A DNA stretch of 64,000 bases from Planctomycetota bacterium (GTDB lineage Bacteria; Planctomycetota; OFTM77). Position 1 is the stretch's first letter. Every line of letters starts with the position of its first letter. This document shows positions 29,501 through 38,782 of this stretch, in pieces. The DNA lies in assembly GCA_029260795.1 (NCBI GenBank), contig JAJDCO010000125.1:39866-103865 (forward strand). The letters run 5' to 3'. Made by a program: the position numbers and the translations under genes. The notes beneath the pieces were generated by a model, which was not told where the DNA came from, did no database searches, and saw only the letters and a program-made list of their open reading frames with translations.

Positions 29501-29609
29501 CGAGCAGGGTCTCTCGGCGCGGTGCTTCCCGTTCGGTAACGGGGGCGACGACGATTACGAGGAAGAGCACCAGAAAGCCGATGATCAGGGACCAGCGCGA
29601 TGTAGCCAT
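26589..29609 (-). CDS. Membrane-anchored protein built from multiple carboxypeptidase-regulatory-like (CarboxypepD_reg / Ig-like) domains, 1006 aa
   Basis: N-terminal TM helix LIIGFLVLFLVIVVAPV. Recurrent G(R/Q)(V/I)xDxxGxxVxGAxV beta-sandwich motifs. Confidence 0.55.
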   Translation of the reverse strand: MATSRWSLIIGFLVLFLVIVVAPVTEREAPRRETLLETVEPRGQEAVGPRRLPLERERNEPLLRSESSSSADGEAPIGRPVRIRGQALRGIDPLIGVELLFRGKGQTNREPNSVTTNASGRFELLLTEGEYEASSRDPYLRARDDRVSASLATESREITLHFEAAGQILGRVVDVEGAGVSGANVKAELSILFNDFDPYSDPIGFESIEATTDRSGRYELRHLEGASWLTLSSEVTGRGRGRVDLVGVSVEQTTAAPDLVLRKGRSLAVQVVGESGVSIQGARVECLESEPERHPVFEMAFRQIASADERGRVIFDFLEADRLELRVTHESWAPRTVAVEGRVSDATVTLSEGQVVLGQLLGHTGDEPPRVLMKPLSVEPWVLSPRPLPAEVDAEGGCRWRHVAAGAYVVEAEGYRSLEIDVPLDEAFRLSRATRRIEGQILGPDGAPYPEQCQLELIPTGFLAVDSDPPFRKSLFTERFSFEVPIGSYTLVATDQRRGLIGRVSLRVPARNEAPAFDIRLRSSGFAIEGVVVDESDGQGISGAEVWIESPRRAVITDQEGRFQLPVLTADRYALEWRLLRVDRFVASTEPTFVIVSPVVRRPRVRLSTLGRASVSGRVLLPEGERLRGEVEVYSLSAILGAGGVDEDGRYRFESLPAGRHALLCDVGGEIEATRRIDLAVGQSAIVDFDLDTATASLSGRVLRDDLPLQHVEIRLYWSPEVLDQLASVVRTDPAGRFEMRDLKPGQQRFVIELLGADRTQSYERVLTLLERERQTIETSFRTVRVVFRARREAGELYLDGVVALRGAAGDLGEASIRVELNQPIRVPPGEYALLLSGVDTQRVAPGSVELREDGEIEIPLVPGERLDVIAVRLDGIRERAPFLAFESGRTVGRAGPFLPPGRFEVWMGGGDLTLQRVPAVEIQPGSRTLLEIPVVAPGWLEIGRGRTSGQVPRALLDDHGHDLTPLVGRRPSFELEAGVYRVVQFNGEISTVIVSSGESTILDVK

Positions 29610-29675
29610 GTTCAGCTCTTCCTTTGAAGGATGAACTCGAGCCCCCCTCTTGAAGGAACCCGCGACCCGAGGCTC

Positions 29676-31061
29676 TCAGCCTTTGGAGCGCTTCAAGGGC
29701 CAGTGAGGCGAATCGCTTCGAGCGCTCTTCATCAGGGACTCCAACTCGGCGACGAGCTCGGGATGCTCCTTCGCCAAGTCGTCCTGCTCACCGAGGTCGG
29801 TCTCCAGATCATACAGCTCGAGCGGCGCCTCGAGCTTCTTGCGGCGCACGCCCTTCCAACGACCTCTGCGAATCGCTTGATGAAATCCGCCTTCGAAGAA
29901 CTCCCAGTAGAGATACTCGGCCGGCTTCTGATCCTCGCCGAGAAGGGTAGGCAGGACGGAGTGGCCATCGATGCTGTCGGGCACTCCCGCCCCAGCCAGG
30001 GCGGCCGCTGTCGGGAGAAGGTCCTGAAAGCCCCAGTAGAAATCGCTCTCTCGATCGGCTTCGATCTGACCGGGCCAACGCGCAATCATCGAGACGCGAA
30101 TGCCGCCTTCGTAGAGCGCTCGCTTGATGCCGCGCAGCGGGCCATTGCTGTCGAAGAAGTCCGCCTTCGAAGCGCCTTCGCTGTGCGGCCCGTTGTCACT
30201 CGTGAAGAAGATGATCGTGCGCTCTCCGAGGCCGAGCGAATCGATCTTCCGGACCAAGCGCCCGACATCGCGGTCGAGGAGATGGATCATCGCTGCTCGC
30301 CCCTTCTCGGGCGTCGGCCAATCTTCGTCTCGATAGGGTCCGTACTCGGGCACCTCCATGCCATCTTTCAGGTCGCGCCCCGCCTCGTTGTTGGCGTGCG
30401 GCATCGTGAGCGCCCAGTACAGGAAGAACGGCTCGTCTCGGTTGCGCTCGACGAAGGCGAGCGCTTCTTGGGTGAAGAGCTCCTGGACGTGAGTGGTCTT
30501 CTGCGAGCTGACGCCGTCGTGGGCGACGTTTCCGGGGAGCTCGAAGCGCGCCTCGTTGCGCCAGAGATACTCCGGGTAGTAGTTGTGCGCATGGCGCTGA
30601 TTCAGGAAGCCAAAAAAGTAGTCGAAGCCTTGCCGATTCGGAATCCCGGTCGTGTCCGGCTCTCCGAGCCCCCATTTCCCGACCAGGCCGGTCCGATACC
30701 CTCGAGTCTTCAGGACCTCGGCCACCGTGACGTCCTCGGGGCGCAGCGCGATCAGCTTGTTGCCCCGCACCCAGGTATGCCCGGTGTGCTGACCGGTCAT
30801 GAGGACCGAGCGCGACGGTGCACAGACGGTGCTTCCCGCATAGCACTCCGTAAAGCGCAAACCTTGAGCGGCAAGTCGATCGATGTGAGGTGTGCGGATC
30901 GTCTTCTGGCCGTAGCAACCCAGGTCGCCGTAGCCGAGGTCATCTGCCATGATGAAGACGATGTTCGGACGCTTTGGAGCTTCCGTTGGTTGTGCCGGAG
31001 CCGTCCGGGCGGTCCCGCCAAAGATCGTCAGAATCAGCATCCACCAGCCGCGCACGAACAT
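29676..31061 (-). CDS. Arylsulfatase (type I sulfatase, Cys-type)
   Basis: FGly motif CAPSRSVLMTGQ (C-x-P-x-R). GKWGLG and metal-binding DDLGYGD motifs. Signal peptide from ATG 31061 (MFVRGWWMLILTIFGG). Confidence 0.85.
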   Translation of the reverse strand: MFVRGWWMLILTIFGGTARTAPAQPTEAPKRPNIVFIMADDLGYGDLGCYGQKTIRTPHIDRLAAQGLRFTECYAGSTVCAPSRSVLMTGQHTGHTWVRGNKLIALRPEDVTVAEVLKTRGYRTGLVGKWGLGEPDTTGIPNRQGFDYFFGFLNQRHAHNYYPEYLWRNEARFELPGNVAHDGVSSQKTTHVQELFTQEALAFVERNRDEPFFLYWALTMPHANNEAGRDLKDGMEVPEYGPYRDEDWPTPEKGRAAMIHLLDRDVGRLVRKIDSLGLGERTIIFFTSDNGPHSEGASKADFFDSNGPLRGIKRALYEGGIRVSMIARWPGQIEADRESDFYWGFQDLLPTAAALAGAGVPDSIDGHSVLPTLLGEDQKPAEYLYWEFFEGGFHQAIRRGRWKGVRRKKLEAPLELYDLETDLGEQDDLAKEHPELVAELESLMKSARSDSPHWPLKRSKG

Positions 31062-31298
31062 CTTCACCTCCGATCGACCTCGAGTTTCGTTCGCTCCGAG
31101 GCTATCGAGGGTCGCAGGCGGACGCCAGGGCGAGCTCGTGGGTAAGGAACGACGAGAGCGAGGTCGGGACCGCTCTCTCACCCTGGGTCTTCCCTCGTCG
31201 AGCGGCCCGATCACTCCGGATGAAGAACCACCCAACGAGACGGATTCCGTTCGTGGCTCCGCTCCCTCTTCAAGCGGCCCGATCACTCTCGTGCGTCG

Positions 31299-32702
31299 TC
31301 AATTGCCCGGCTCGTCCTGAGGCGGAGTGGGATCGCTCTTGCGAGGACGCTTCGGGCGCGGGCCGCCTTTTTTCCCCGGCGCCGGAGTCCCACCGGCGTC
31401 GTCCTCGCTCCGCTTGCCCAGAGCGCTGAGGATATTGACGCCCGTGGCATTCTCCACCTGCTCGTTGATCTTGATCACGGAGCCGGGCAGCTGAGAGAGG
31501 AAGTTTGGCACACCCGCACCGCTGCCTCCCTGGCCGGAGTCGATGACCGACACCTTGTCGATCTTGACGTTCCGAACGGTGGAGACCAACGACTCCATCA
31601 GCTCGGGAAGCTGCTTGAGGATGAAGATCTTTTCGGCGTCCTGTCCGGCTGCCCGGTAGGTCTCGACATAGCGGCGATAGACCTCGACTTGGGCATTACC
31701 GGCTTCGATCACCTTGGCAGCCTGCCCCTGCGCTTCCAGCTCCATGGCCTGCTTGGCAGCTCGGGCCGGCGTGACGACATTGGCCTCGAGGCGGCGCTGC
31801 TGCAGCTCGATGCGCTCATGCTCCACATCCTGCTCCGCCTTTACCTTGGCCTTCTCGCCCGCCACTACCGCTTCCATCTCCTTGGCGATGGACTCGGCTT
31901 CGAGCTCCGCGCGTCGGACGCGAAGCAGGTTCTCCTCTTCGGCCACCATTCGCTCGGCTCGAGCCCGTGCGATGTCGGCTCGCTGCTTTGCCTCGGCCTC
32001 TTTCTCCTCGGCCTCGGCCCGCCGTTCGGCTTCGGCAACCCGCGCCTGCCGAATGACCTCGGCCGTCTGCTTTCGACCGATCGAGTCGAGGTAGCTCACC
32101 TCGTCGGTGACGTTCTGGATCTTCAGGGTATCCATCTGAAGGCCGAGCTTGCTCAGATCATCCTCGGCTTCCTCGAGGAGCCTTCCCGCGAACTTGAGTC
32201 GATCCTCGTTGACCTCTTCGGGCGTCAACGTCGCAAGAACGCCGCGCAAGTTGCCTTCGAGAGTCTCCTTGGCGATCTGCTGGATTGCCTTCATGGGAAC
32301 GCCGAGGAAACGCTCGAGTGCGTTCGCGAAAAAGGGCTCGCGAGAGCAGATCTTGACGTTGGCGATTCCTTGGACGGTAAGCGGGATGCCACCCAGCGAG
32401 TAGGCATTGGTCACGACGACTTCTATCGGGAGCGTCGTCAGGTCCATCCGTCCGACCTGCTCGATGATCGGGATCCGGAGGGCTCGTCCTCCATGGATCA
32501 CTCGATAGCCAACCCGGTCACCCGAAGCCTTCTTGCGAGAGCGTCCTGACAGGATGACGATCTCGTTGGGCTCGCTGATGACCGTCAGATTCTTGATGAC
32601 GAGCACGATGACGATGACGGCGACCAAGACGATGGCTCCGACCGTCATCGCGATTTCAATGCCGCTGGTCTGGGCGATAATGACGCTCGAGAGGTGTGTC
32701 AT
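31299..32702 (-). CDS. Flotillin / SPFH (band 7) family protein, YqiK-like
   Basis: N-terminal TM plus SPFH domain. Long Ala/Glu-rich coiled coil (EAERRAEAEEKEAEAKQRADIARARAE). Confidence 0.8.
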   Translation of the reverse strand: MTHLSSVIIAQTSGIEIAMTVGAIVLVAVIVIVLVIKNLTVISEPNEIVILSGRSRKKASGDRVGYRVIHGGRALRIPIIEQVGRMDLTTLPIEVVVTNAYSLGGIPLTVQGIANVKICSREPFFANALERFLGVPMKAIQQIAKETLEGNLRGVLATLTPEEVNEDRLKFAGRLLEEAEDDLSKLGLQMDTLKIQNVTDEVSYLDSIGRKQTAEVIRQARVAEAERRAEAEEKEAEAKQRADIARARAERMVAEEENLLRVRRAELEAESIAKEMEAVVAGEKAKVKAEQDVEHERIELQQRRLEANVVTPARAAKQAMELEAQGQAAKVIEAGNAQVEVYRRYVETYRAAGQDAEKIFILKQLPELMESLVSTVRNVKIDKVSVIDSGQGGSGAGVPNFLSQLPGSVIKINEQVENATGVNILSALGKRSEDDAGGTPAPGKKGGPRPKRPRKSDPTPPQDEPGN

Positions 32703-32748
32703 GTTCTTCTCCTGACGTTGCTGCGATACCCTGGCCGAGGCTTCCCGA

Positions 32749-33333
32749 TCAGGCTTCCATTCCGCTCACGTAGGCGACGCCGGCTTCGACGCGGATCACC
32801 AGCACCCGGCGACCGACCTCGAAGCTCGACTCCGTCTCGATGTCAAAGGGCTTGGCCAGAAGCGGCATCATTTGCCCTTGCACACGCACGTTCACCTTGC
32901 CGCGTTGCTCCGAGCTGATCGGCAGCACGACCTGGGCCTCACATCCTTCGGCATCGACCGACGCCAACGCGCTGCTCGACTCCGTACGCCGCAGGTACCG
33001 AAAGGCTTGGAAGTTGACGAAGGCGCAGAACACACCCACGCCCAGCGCCAGGGAGATCGTCAAGGCCGGCGCGACGGTGAGCAGGTCCAGCACCAAGCCC
33101 GTCATCCCGAAGAAGGCGACGAAGAAGATCAGACCGCGGACGCTGAAGAACTCGGCGAATCCCGAGAAGAAGTCGTGCCCACCATCACCCGCCTCGAGCT
33201 CGAAGCCCCCGTCGACATCCAGCTCGACGTCCGCGCCCACTTCGAGGTCCGCTTCCCCGTCTCCGCCGAAGACCAGGCTGAAAAGCAACAGGCCACCGCC
33301 CACCACGGAACAGAAGACATAGACTGCGAACAT
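32749..33333 (-). CDS. NfeD/YqiJ-like membrane protein (flotillin partner)
   Basis: Hydrophobic N-terminal half. C-terminal OB-fold-like segment. Lies immediately upstream of flotillin, as in the yqiJK arrangement. Confidence 0.55.
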   Translation of the reverse strand: MFAVYVFCSVVGGGLLLFSLVFGGDGEADLEVGADVELDVDGGFELEAGDGGHDFFSGFAEFFSVRGLIFFVAFFGMTGLVLDLLTVAPALTISLALGVGVFCAFVNFQAFRYLRRTESSSALASVDAEGCEAQVVLPISSEQRGKVNVRVQGQMMPLLAKPFDIETESSFEVGRRVLVIRVEAGVAYVSGMEA

Positions 33334-33514
33334 TTCAGACCTCTCTCGGCGAATCCAACATCGGGACTCGGATGCAGGCCGGCTCTACGTCCGTCGGAGG
33401 GCCGAAATTCTCGAGGGTGATCTCGAGCCCGGCCAAGCCGCGTGAGCGAACCGCGAGGATCCCCGCCTCTCCACACCTGTCCCGAAGAGAGGATGGAGTA
33501 TACTCGGCCAGGAA

Positions 33515-35386
33515 ATGGCGAGCATGGGTCGGATGACGAATGGGCCGCGAAGCAGTGTCTCACGCTTTGCAATCCTCTGGGTGATCGGCTTCGGGGTGGT
33601 CACCCTGACGCTGGGAGTGATGACCGCCTTCCGCGGCACGGAGTCACCGCTCGAGCGATGGCTCTGGGCGTGGGCGCCCCAGGTCGATTCCTGGGCCATG
33701 ACGGTGCTCGCTCTCGCTCTCGCCGTGCTCGGGGCCGTCCCTTCCATCTCGTCGGGCTGGGTGCGCCTGTTCGAGGCGCTCGATCGAGCACTCGATCGCC
33801 GAGGCTTGGCGGCGGCTCTCACCGTCGCCTGGTTGTTGATGGCCTGGCTCCTTCGGTCGATGAACACCGAGCTCGGCGATGCCGACATGCTCTTTCAGCA
33901 CTTGATTTACGACGCACACGTCTACGGCTTCAACACCTACCCCGACGAGTACCTCTCTCGAATCCTCGGCAGCCGGTTCTACCTCCTCGCCCACGAGTCG
34001 TTCGGTGTCTCTTTCGCCCATGCCTGGGCCGCGCTCAGCATCCTTTGGGGCCTCGCCTTCGTGTCGGCCGTTCGCCGCCTCGCCAGCACCTGGTTTCCAG
34101 GACGCTCGGCCGCTCGAGGCCTCACGCTCGGACTGTTCTTCTGCGCCGGTTTGACACAGCACTTCTTCGGCTACCTCGAGCTCTACGCCGGCGCGACCGT
34201 CTTGATCGTGCTCACGGCGATCGCCTTCTATCGCACCAGTGGAGGCCAGGCCAAGGTCTTGTTTCCCGCCATGCTGGTCGGCTTGACGATCGCCTGCAAC
34301 AGCTTCGCGACCTGCCTCCTACCGGCGCTGACCGTGCTCGCCTGGCTCTCGGCTCGCGCGGAGTGGCGGACACGAGTCGCTCGGGTCGCGCTCGCATTGG
34401 CGGTCGCGGCCTTGCCCCTGCTCCTGACGTGGGCCTGGCTGCAGCTGCAAGGCTACGACGTGCAGGACCACCACCTCACCAAGAGCCACGCCGTCCGCGG
34501 ACGATTCATCTTCTCCGTGACGCCCGACGATCCGCACTACCTCTACGGTCCCCTCGATCCGCGCCACTTTCTCGACATCGTGAACGCCCTCGTGCTCTCC
34601 GGAGTGCCCGGCTTGGGCGCCTTGATCGCCGCGCTCCTCCTCGGACGGCGGCGCCTCCCATGGCGCAGCCACGCGGCAGCCGTCTATGGCTTGGCCTCTG
34701 CGGGCTTGATCGGATTCATCTGCGTCGTCAATCCGGACCTAGGACCGGTCGCCGACTGGGACCTTCTCTCATTCGGTGGCTTGGGTGTGACCCTGGCGGG
34801 CGCGTTTCTCCTGCCATTCGCATTGCCGGACGACAATCAACTGCGGCGAGTCGGGGGTGCCCTCCTCGCGGTTGGACTGGGGATAACGGTTCCCTTCGTC
34901 CTTCAGAACGCGCACACGCTCGGACCCGACTACGAGCGAATCGACGAGGCACCCGAGCCCTGGATGAAGGAGCTGGGAACGCAGCTCGGCGCCCAGAGCG
35001 TCCACGAGGTCGCCCACCTCGGTCGAGCCGAAAGACGGCTCGGGCGCGGCTTTCGCATCCTGATGGACGAGGCGCCTGAGCTCGACATTCGGGACGACGA
35101 GCCGAGCGCCGCGCGGCGAATCGCCGAGCACTATCGAGATCGGCCACTCCCGGCAGCGGCAGGACCCGATCTCGAAGCCGCTCGAAAGAGCTACGAAGAG
35201 GCCTCGAGGCTGAATCCCGACAACGTCCAAACCCATCGCCGTCTGCTCGGCTTGCTCCAGCTGCTGAAGGCCGGACCCGCAGACGTTCGACCGCACCTCG
35301 AAGCCATCCTTCGGATCGAGCCTGACGCATCCGATCGCGCGATACTGGAAGCGACACTCTCGTCGCTTCCGGAGCGGGCTCGATGA
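33515..35386 (+). CDS. Polytopic membrane protein with C-terminal TPR-like domain (paralog A). Possibly a GT-C-type glycosyltransferase (DUF2723/TMEM260-like).
   Basis: More than 10 predicted TM helices. Acidic first-loop motif NTELGDADML. Conserved HVYG, ELYAG, TKSHA and NPDLGPVADWDLLSFG motifs are shared with 35383..37209. Confidence 0.4.
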   Translation: MASMGRMTNGPRSSVSRFAILWVIGFGVVTLTLGVMTAFRGTESPLERWLWAWAPQVDSWAMTVLALALAVLGAVPSISSGWVRLFEALDRALDRRGLAAALTVAWLLMAWLLRSMNTELGDADMLFQHLIYDAHVYGFNTYPDEYLSRILGSRFYLLAHESFGVSFAHAWAALSILWGLAFVSAVRRLASTWFPGRSAARGLTLGLFFCAGLTQHFFGYLELYAGATVLIVLTAIAFYRTSGGQAKVLFPAMLVGLTIACNSFATCLLPALTVLAWLSARAEWRTRVARVALALAVAALPLLLTWAWLQLQGYDVQDHHLTKSHAVRGRFIFSVTPDDPHYLYGPLDPRHFLDIVNALVLSGVPGLGALIAALLLGRRRLPWRSHAAAVYGLASAGLIGFICVVNPDLGPVADWDLLSFGGLGVTLAGAFLLPFALPDDNQLRRVGGALLAVGLGITVPFVLQNAHTLGPDYERIDEAPEPWMKELGTQLGAQSVHEVAHLGRAERRLGRGFRILMDEAPELDIRDDEPSAARRIAEHYRDRPLPAAAGPDLEAARKSYEEASRLNPDNVQTHRRLLGLLQLLKAGPADVRPHLEAILRIEPDASDRAILEATLSSLPERAR

Positions 35387-37209
35387 GCCGGGCCCCGACG
35401 CGGCTCATCCTCGGCTCGGGTCTCGTCGGCCTGCTGGCGCTCTTGGCCACGGCCCTGCTCGGAGAGCCCGCCTGGGTCGAGCGGGTGATGCCGACCTGGA
35501 AGTACCTTCAAGACCTCCCGGCATCCGCTCTGATCGTCATCGGGGGTGCGGCGGTCTTGCTCCTCACACCTCGCGGTCGCTCGAGTCTCTTCGCGATCAT
35601 CGACCGGATTGCCTCCTGTGAGCTTCGCCGACCCGGCGGCTGGTTGCTGGCGAGCCTTCTGCTGATGGCAGTGCTCTTCATCGGCCGCTCGCGCAACCTG
35701 GAGCTGGGCGACGCTTCGGTTCTGATCGAAGACGTCCCCTACGACGTCCACGTCTACGGGCAGAACGTCTGGCCGGACGAAGTGCTGGCTCGCCTCTCGC
35801 GATCGCTGTTCTACCGTCTCGTTCACTCGACGCTCGGTCTGGACGTCCTTCAAGCCTTCGCCCTGTCGAGCGCACTCTGGGGAGTCCTATATGCCGCGGT
35901 CTTGATCGGCATCGGCCGTACGCTGTTCCCGGATCGCCGAATCGCGCGAGTGCTGCCCTTGCTGCTCGGCTTCACCATCGCCAACGTCCAGCTCTTCTTC
36001 GGCTACATCGAGGTCTACAGCGGCGTGACGGTTTGCCTGCTGGCCTTCGCAGGACAAGCCTATCGTTTCCTCGCCGGTCAGACGTCGATCGCTTCGCCGG
36101 CCGCTTGCCTCGCACTCGGGATCGGCTTCTATGCACCCGCCGGTGCCGCTCTCCCCAGCCTCCTCGTTCTGTGCATGCTCGGTCCGATGTCGGCGAACCG
36201 AGGAGCCCTGCGGCGGATCGCGCTCGCACTGGCGATGGGCACGACCGTGCTCGGCATCGTCTTTCTCATCTACTTCGGCTTGCTCGATTACCCGGTCGGT
36301 CACGTCACGCGGAGCCACGCATTCGGCCGCTGGACCTTCTTGGTCGATCGCAACGACCCGGACTTCCGATACCGGACCTTCGACGGGGCTCATCTCCGGG
36401 ACCTGATGCTCTTGATGCTGCGTGTCTCGGGCCCCGTGCTCCTCCTGTGGATCACGAGCTGGTTCCCCCGGGCGGGGCGAGCACTCTGGCGAGAGCCGGC
36501 CAGCCGATTCGAGCTGACATTCGCGGCCGGTCTGCTGTCCTTTTGCTTCTTGGTCCATCCGGATCTGGGTCCGGTCCGGGACTGGGACCTGCTCTCTTTC
36601 GGGAGTCTCGGCTGGCTACTGCTCGGCAGTCGCTGGCTCGGTCGTGCGGTGACCGACGAGCGAGAGCTGGCACGTCTCGTGGCGCCGGCGATCTCGGTCG
36701 GATTGCTCCTGACGGGTAGCTTCGTCTTCTTCAATGCGACCCGCGACCTGGGCGATCCCGAGGCACTCCGAGACAAGGAGCGTTGGTGGATCCAGGAGTG
36801 GGGCGTCCGGGATCACCAAGCGACGACCATGCACGAGTTCTCCCATCTGGCGGCCGCTCAGCGGCAGGTGCAGCTCGCCTTCGAAGCGATGGCACACGCT
36901 CGAGACGACACGCGCCTCGTCGACCTCGCGTCCGCGGACGAGCGAGCTCGTTTGATGACCCTCTATCGAAGCGAGGCACTGCCGAGCGAGGCGGAGGTCC
37001 CTCTCCAAAGAGCTTCGGACGAGTACCGCGAAGCGACCCGACTGGGGCCGGACAACCTGCGCAGCTGGTATCGATGGCTCGATGTGCTGCGATTGATTCG
37101 CGCACCGGCTCCACAGCTCCGCGCAGCCTACGATGCCCTTCTCGCCCGGGAACCGGATCCGGCTCGACGCGACCAGCTGGAGCGCCAGCGAGCGGCACTC
37201 GATCGGTAG
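35383..37209 (+). CDS. Polytopic membrane protein with C-terminal TPR-like domain (paralog B). Tandem duplicate with ATGA overlap.
   Basis: NLELGDASVL, HVYG, EVYSG, TRSHA, HPDLGPVRDWDLLSFG. Same architecture as paralog A. Confidence 0.4.
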   Translation: MSRAPTRLILGSGLVGLLALLATALLGEPAWVERVMPTWKYLQDLPASALIVIGGAAVLLLTPRGRSSLFAIIDRIASCELRRPGGWLLASLLLMAVLFIGRSRNLELGDASVLIEDVPYDVHVYGQNVWPDEVLARLSRSLFYRLVHSTLGLDVLQAFALSSALWGVLYAAVLIGIGRTLFPDRRIARVLPLLLGFTIANVQLFFGYIEVYSGVTVCLLAFAGQAYRFLAGQTSIASPAACLALGIGFYAPAGAALPSLLVLCMLGPMSANRGALRRIALALAMGTTVLGIVFLIYFGLLDYPVGHVTRSHAFGRWTFLVDRNDPDFRYRTFDGAHLRDLMLLMLRVSGPVLLLWITSWFPRAGRALWREPASRFELTFAAGLLSFCFLVHPDLGPVRDWDLLSFGSLGWLLLGSRWLGRAVTDERELARLVAPAISVGLLLTGSFVFFNATRDLGDPEALRDKERWWIQEWGVRDHQATTMHEFSHLAAAQRQVQLAFEAMAHARDDTRLVDLASADERARLMTLYRSEALPSEAEVPLQRASDEYREATRLGPDNLRSWYRWLDVLRLIRAPAPQLRAAYDALLAREPDPARRDQLERQRAALDR

Positions 37210-37235
37210 ATCTGCGAGCGGGCATCCGAGAGTTG

Positions 37236-37264
37236 TTGACGCCCCTGAGAGCGCCCCGTACGAT
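37236..37264 (+). promoter_or_regulatory. Sigma70-like promoter candidate upstream of the ECF sigma gene
   Basis: TTGACG, then 17 nt, then TACGAT. A GGGTACCC palindrome lies downstream, and GAGAAGGG sits before the ATG at 37321. Confidence 0.3.
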
Positions 37265-37320
37265 TTTGTCAAGACTCAACGGGTACCCGACCCATTGGGA
37301 GGGGTACGAGCGCGGGACCT

Positions 37321-37875
37321 GTGAGAAGGGCTATGGCGGACCCCCTTCAGTACCGCGAGCTGTCCAACCCTCGCCTCGAAGAGCTGTGGAAGCGCGAGGG
37401 GGACGAGCGGGCGCGGGACATCTTGTTGACCCGGCGTTGGCGACGCGGCAATTTGGCCGCCGCCCGGGAGCTGCTTCGCCACTACGAACCGCTCTTTGAA
37501 GCAGAGTGTGATCGGGTCGGACTTCATGAAGAGGCCGAGCGGCATTCGTTCCACGAGGAGCTTCAGCTCAACCTGCTGATGGCTCTTCGACGCGGCGACC
37601 TTCCCAACTGGTTCGCCAGCCACTTCCGGTCCCTGCTCTTTCGCCTGCTGTCCGAGCGAGGGGCGTCCGCTCCTGCCGGAACCCGACTCCCCTTCGAAGA
37701 CGCTCTCGCCACCCTCGCTCCTGAGGAGCGCGAGATCCTCCGCGAGCGAGTCCTCGGAGGCCGCACGGCCCGCGAGCTCGCTCGAAACCGCCACGTCACC
37801 GTCGAGGCCGTTGCCGATGCTCTGGAACGCGCAACGACTCAGCTCTTGACCCGGGGTGACTCCGATGAGTGCTGA
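37321..37875 (+). CDS. ECF-type sigma-70 family sigma factor
   Basis: Region 4 helix-turn-helix LAPEEREILRERVLGGRTARELARNRHVTVEAVADALERATTQL. Overlaps the following anti-sigma gene by 20 bp. Confidence 0.65.
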   Translation: MRRAMADPLQYRELSNPRLEELWKREGDERARDILLTRRWRRGNLAAARELLRHYEPLFEAECDRVGLHEEAERHSFHEELQLNLLMALRRGDLPNWFASHFRSLLFRLLSERGASAPAGTRLPFEDALATLAPEEREILRERVLGGRTARELARNRHVTVEAVADALERATTQLLTRGDSDEC

Positions 37876-38755
37876 GCTCACGACCGACGACCATCCCGAT
37901 CTCGGGCTACTCTACCGATTCATCGATGGGGACCTTCTCGACGTCGAGACGGCCGAGCTCGAGGCTCACCTGCAGGAATGCTCGACCTGCCGGGAGAGCT
38001 ATCGACGCCTCCTCACTCGCGAGCACTCCATCACCGACCTCCTCCTCGACGCGGCTCGAGCCGAGCGAAACCAATCTCGCGTCCAGGGCGGATCGCCGTC
38101 TCCCGGTAAGACCGCCTATCCGATGATGCCGGTGACCGTCCCGACCACTGAACCGACAGTCTCGTCAGTGCCCCAGCGCCATCGACATCTCGGCATCATC
38201 GCTGCTGCCATCGTGGTCGTGTCGCTGTGGGGATACTTGCTCTCGCGCTGGCTCGGCGGCCCGCCGCCGGATGCGATCTTCAATGAGCTCCGATTGACGA
38301 CTCGAGTCACGGGGGTTCCCGAGGACCTCTCGGTCCAGAAGAACACCGATGTCGTCTCCGTCGACTACGAGTTCGAATTCTTCGTCCAGCTCTCCCTGAT
38401 CGAGGCAGGACAAGTCGCGGTCTACCACCGCCGCGCCGCCGGGGACGTCGCCCTGATCGTGCCCGCTCCTGACGCCGAAGCACCGACCTTGGAGCCCGGC
38501 GTCTCGTGGCGCCTACCGGCTGCTGACATCGGCCTGCTCGACTCTCAGCTCGGAGGCCGCGGCACGGTCATCGTGATTCCATTTCGACGCGCCCCCGCAC
38601 GGGAGTCTCTCATCGACACGGCGCGATGGCTCGAGACGGCAGCTCGCGAGCAAGGCTCCGGCACCGGACGGCCGGATTGGCGACAGAGCTTGCTTCGGCG
38701 CTTTCCCAGCGCTCGCCTGCTGGGATACCGGGTCGAGGATCTCGATCGCCTGTAA
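37856..38755 (+). CDS. Zinc-binding (ZAS-type) anti-sigma factor with a single TM helix
   Basis: HLQECSTC (HxxxCxxC). TM segment LGIIAAAIVVVSLWGYLL. Periplasmic C-terminal domain. Confidence 0.6.
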   Translation: MTPMSAELTTDDHPDLGLLYRFIDGDLLDVETAELEAHLQECSTCRESYRRLLTREHSITDLLLDAARAERNQSRVQGGSPSPGKTAYPMMPVTVPTTEPTVSSVPQRHRHLGIIAAAIVVVSLWGYLLSRWLGGPPPDAIFNELRLTTRVTGVPEDLSVQKNTDVVSVDYEFEFFVQLSLIEAGQVAVYHRRAAGDVALIVPAPDAEAPTLEPGVSWRLPAADIGLLDSQLGGRGTVIVIPFRRAPARESLIDTARWLETAAREQGSGTGRPDWRQSLLRRFPSARLLGYRVEDLDRL

Positions 38756-38782
38756 TCTTGCCAGCACGCGGTACGCCCGTGC

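Noticed and set aside
29631-31145. 504-aa + ORF
   Set aside because: Shadow of the arylsulfatase gene, which carries the diagnostic CxPxR motif on the minus strand.
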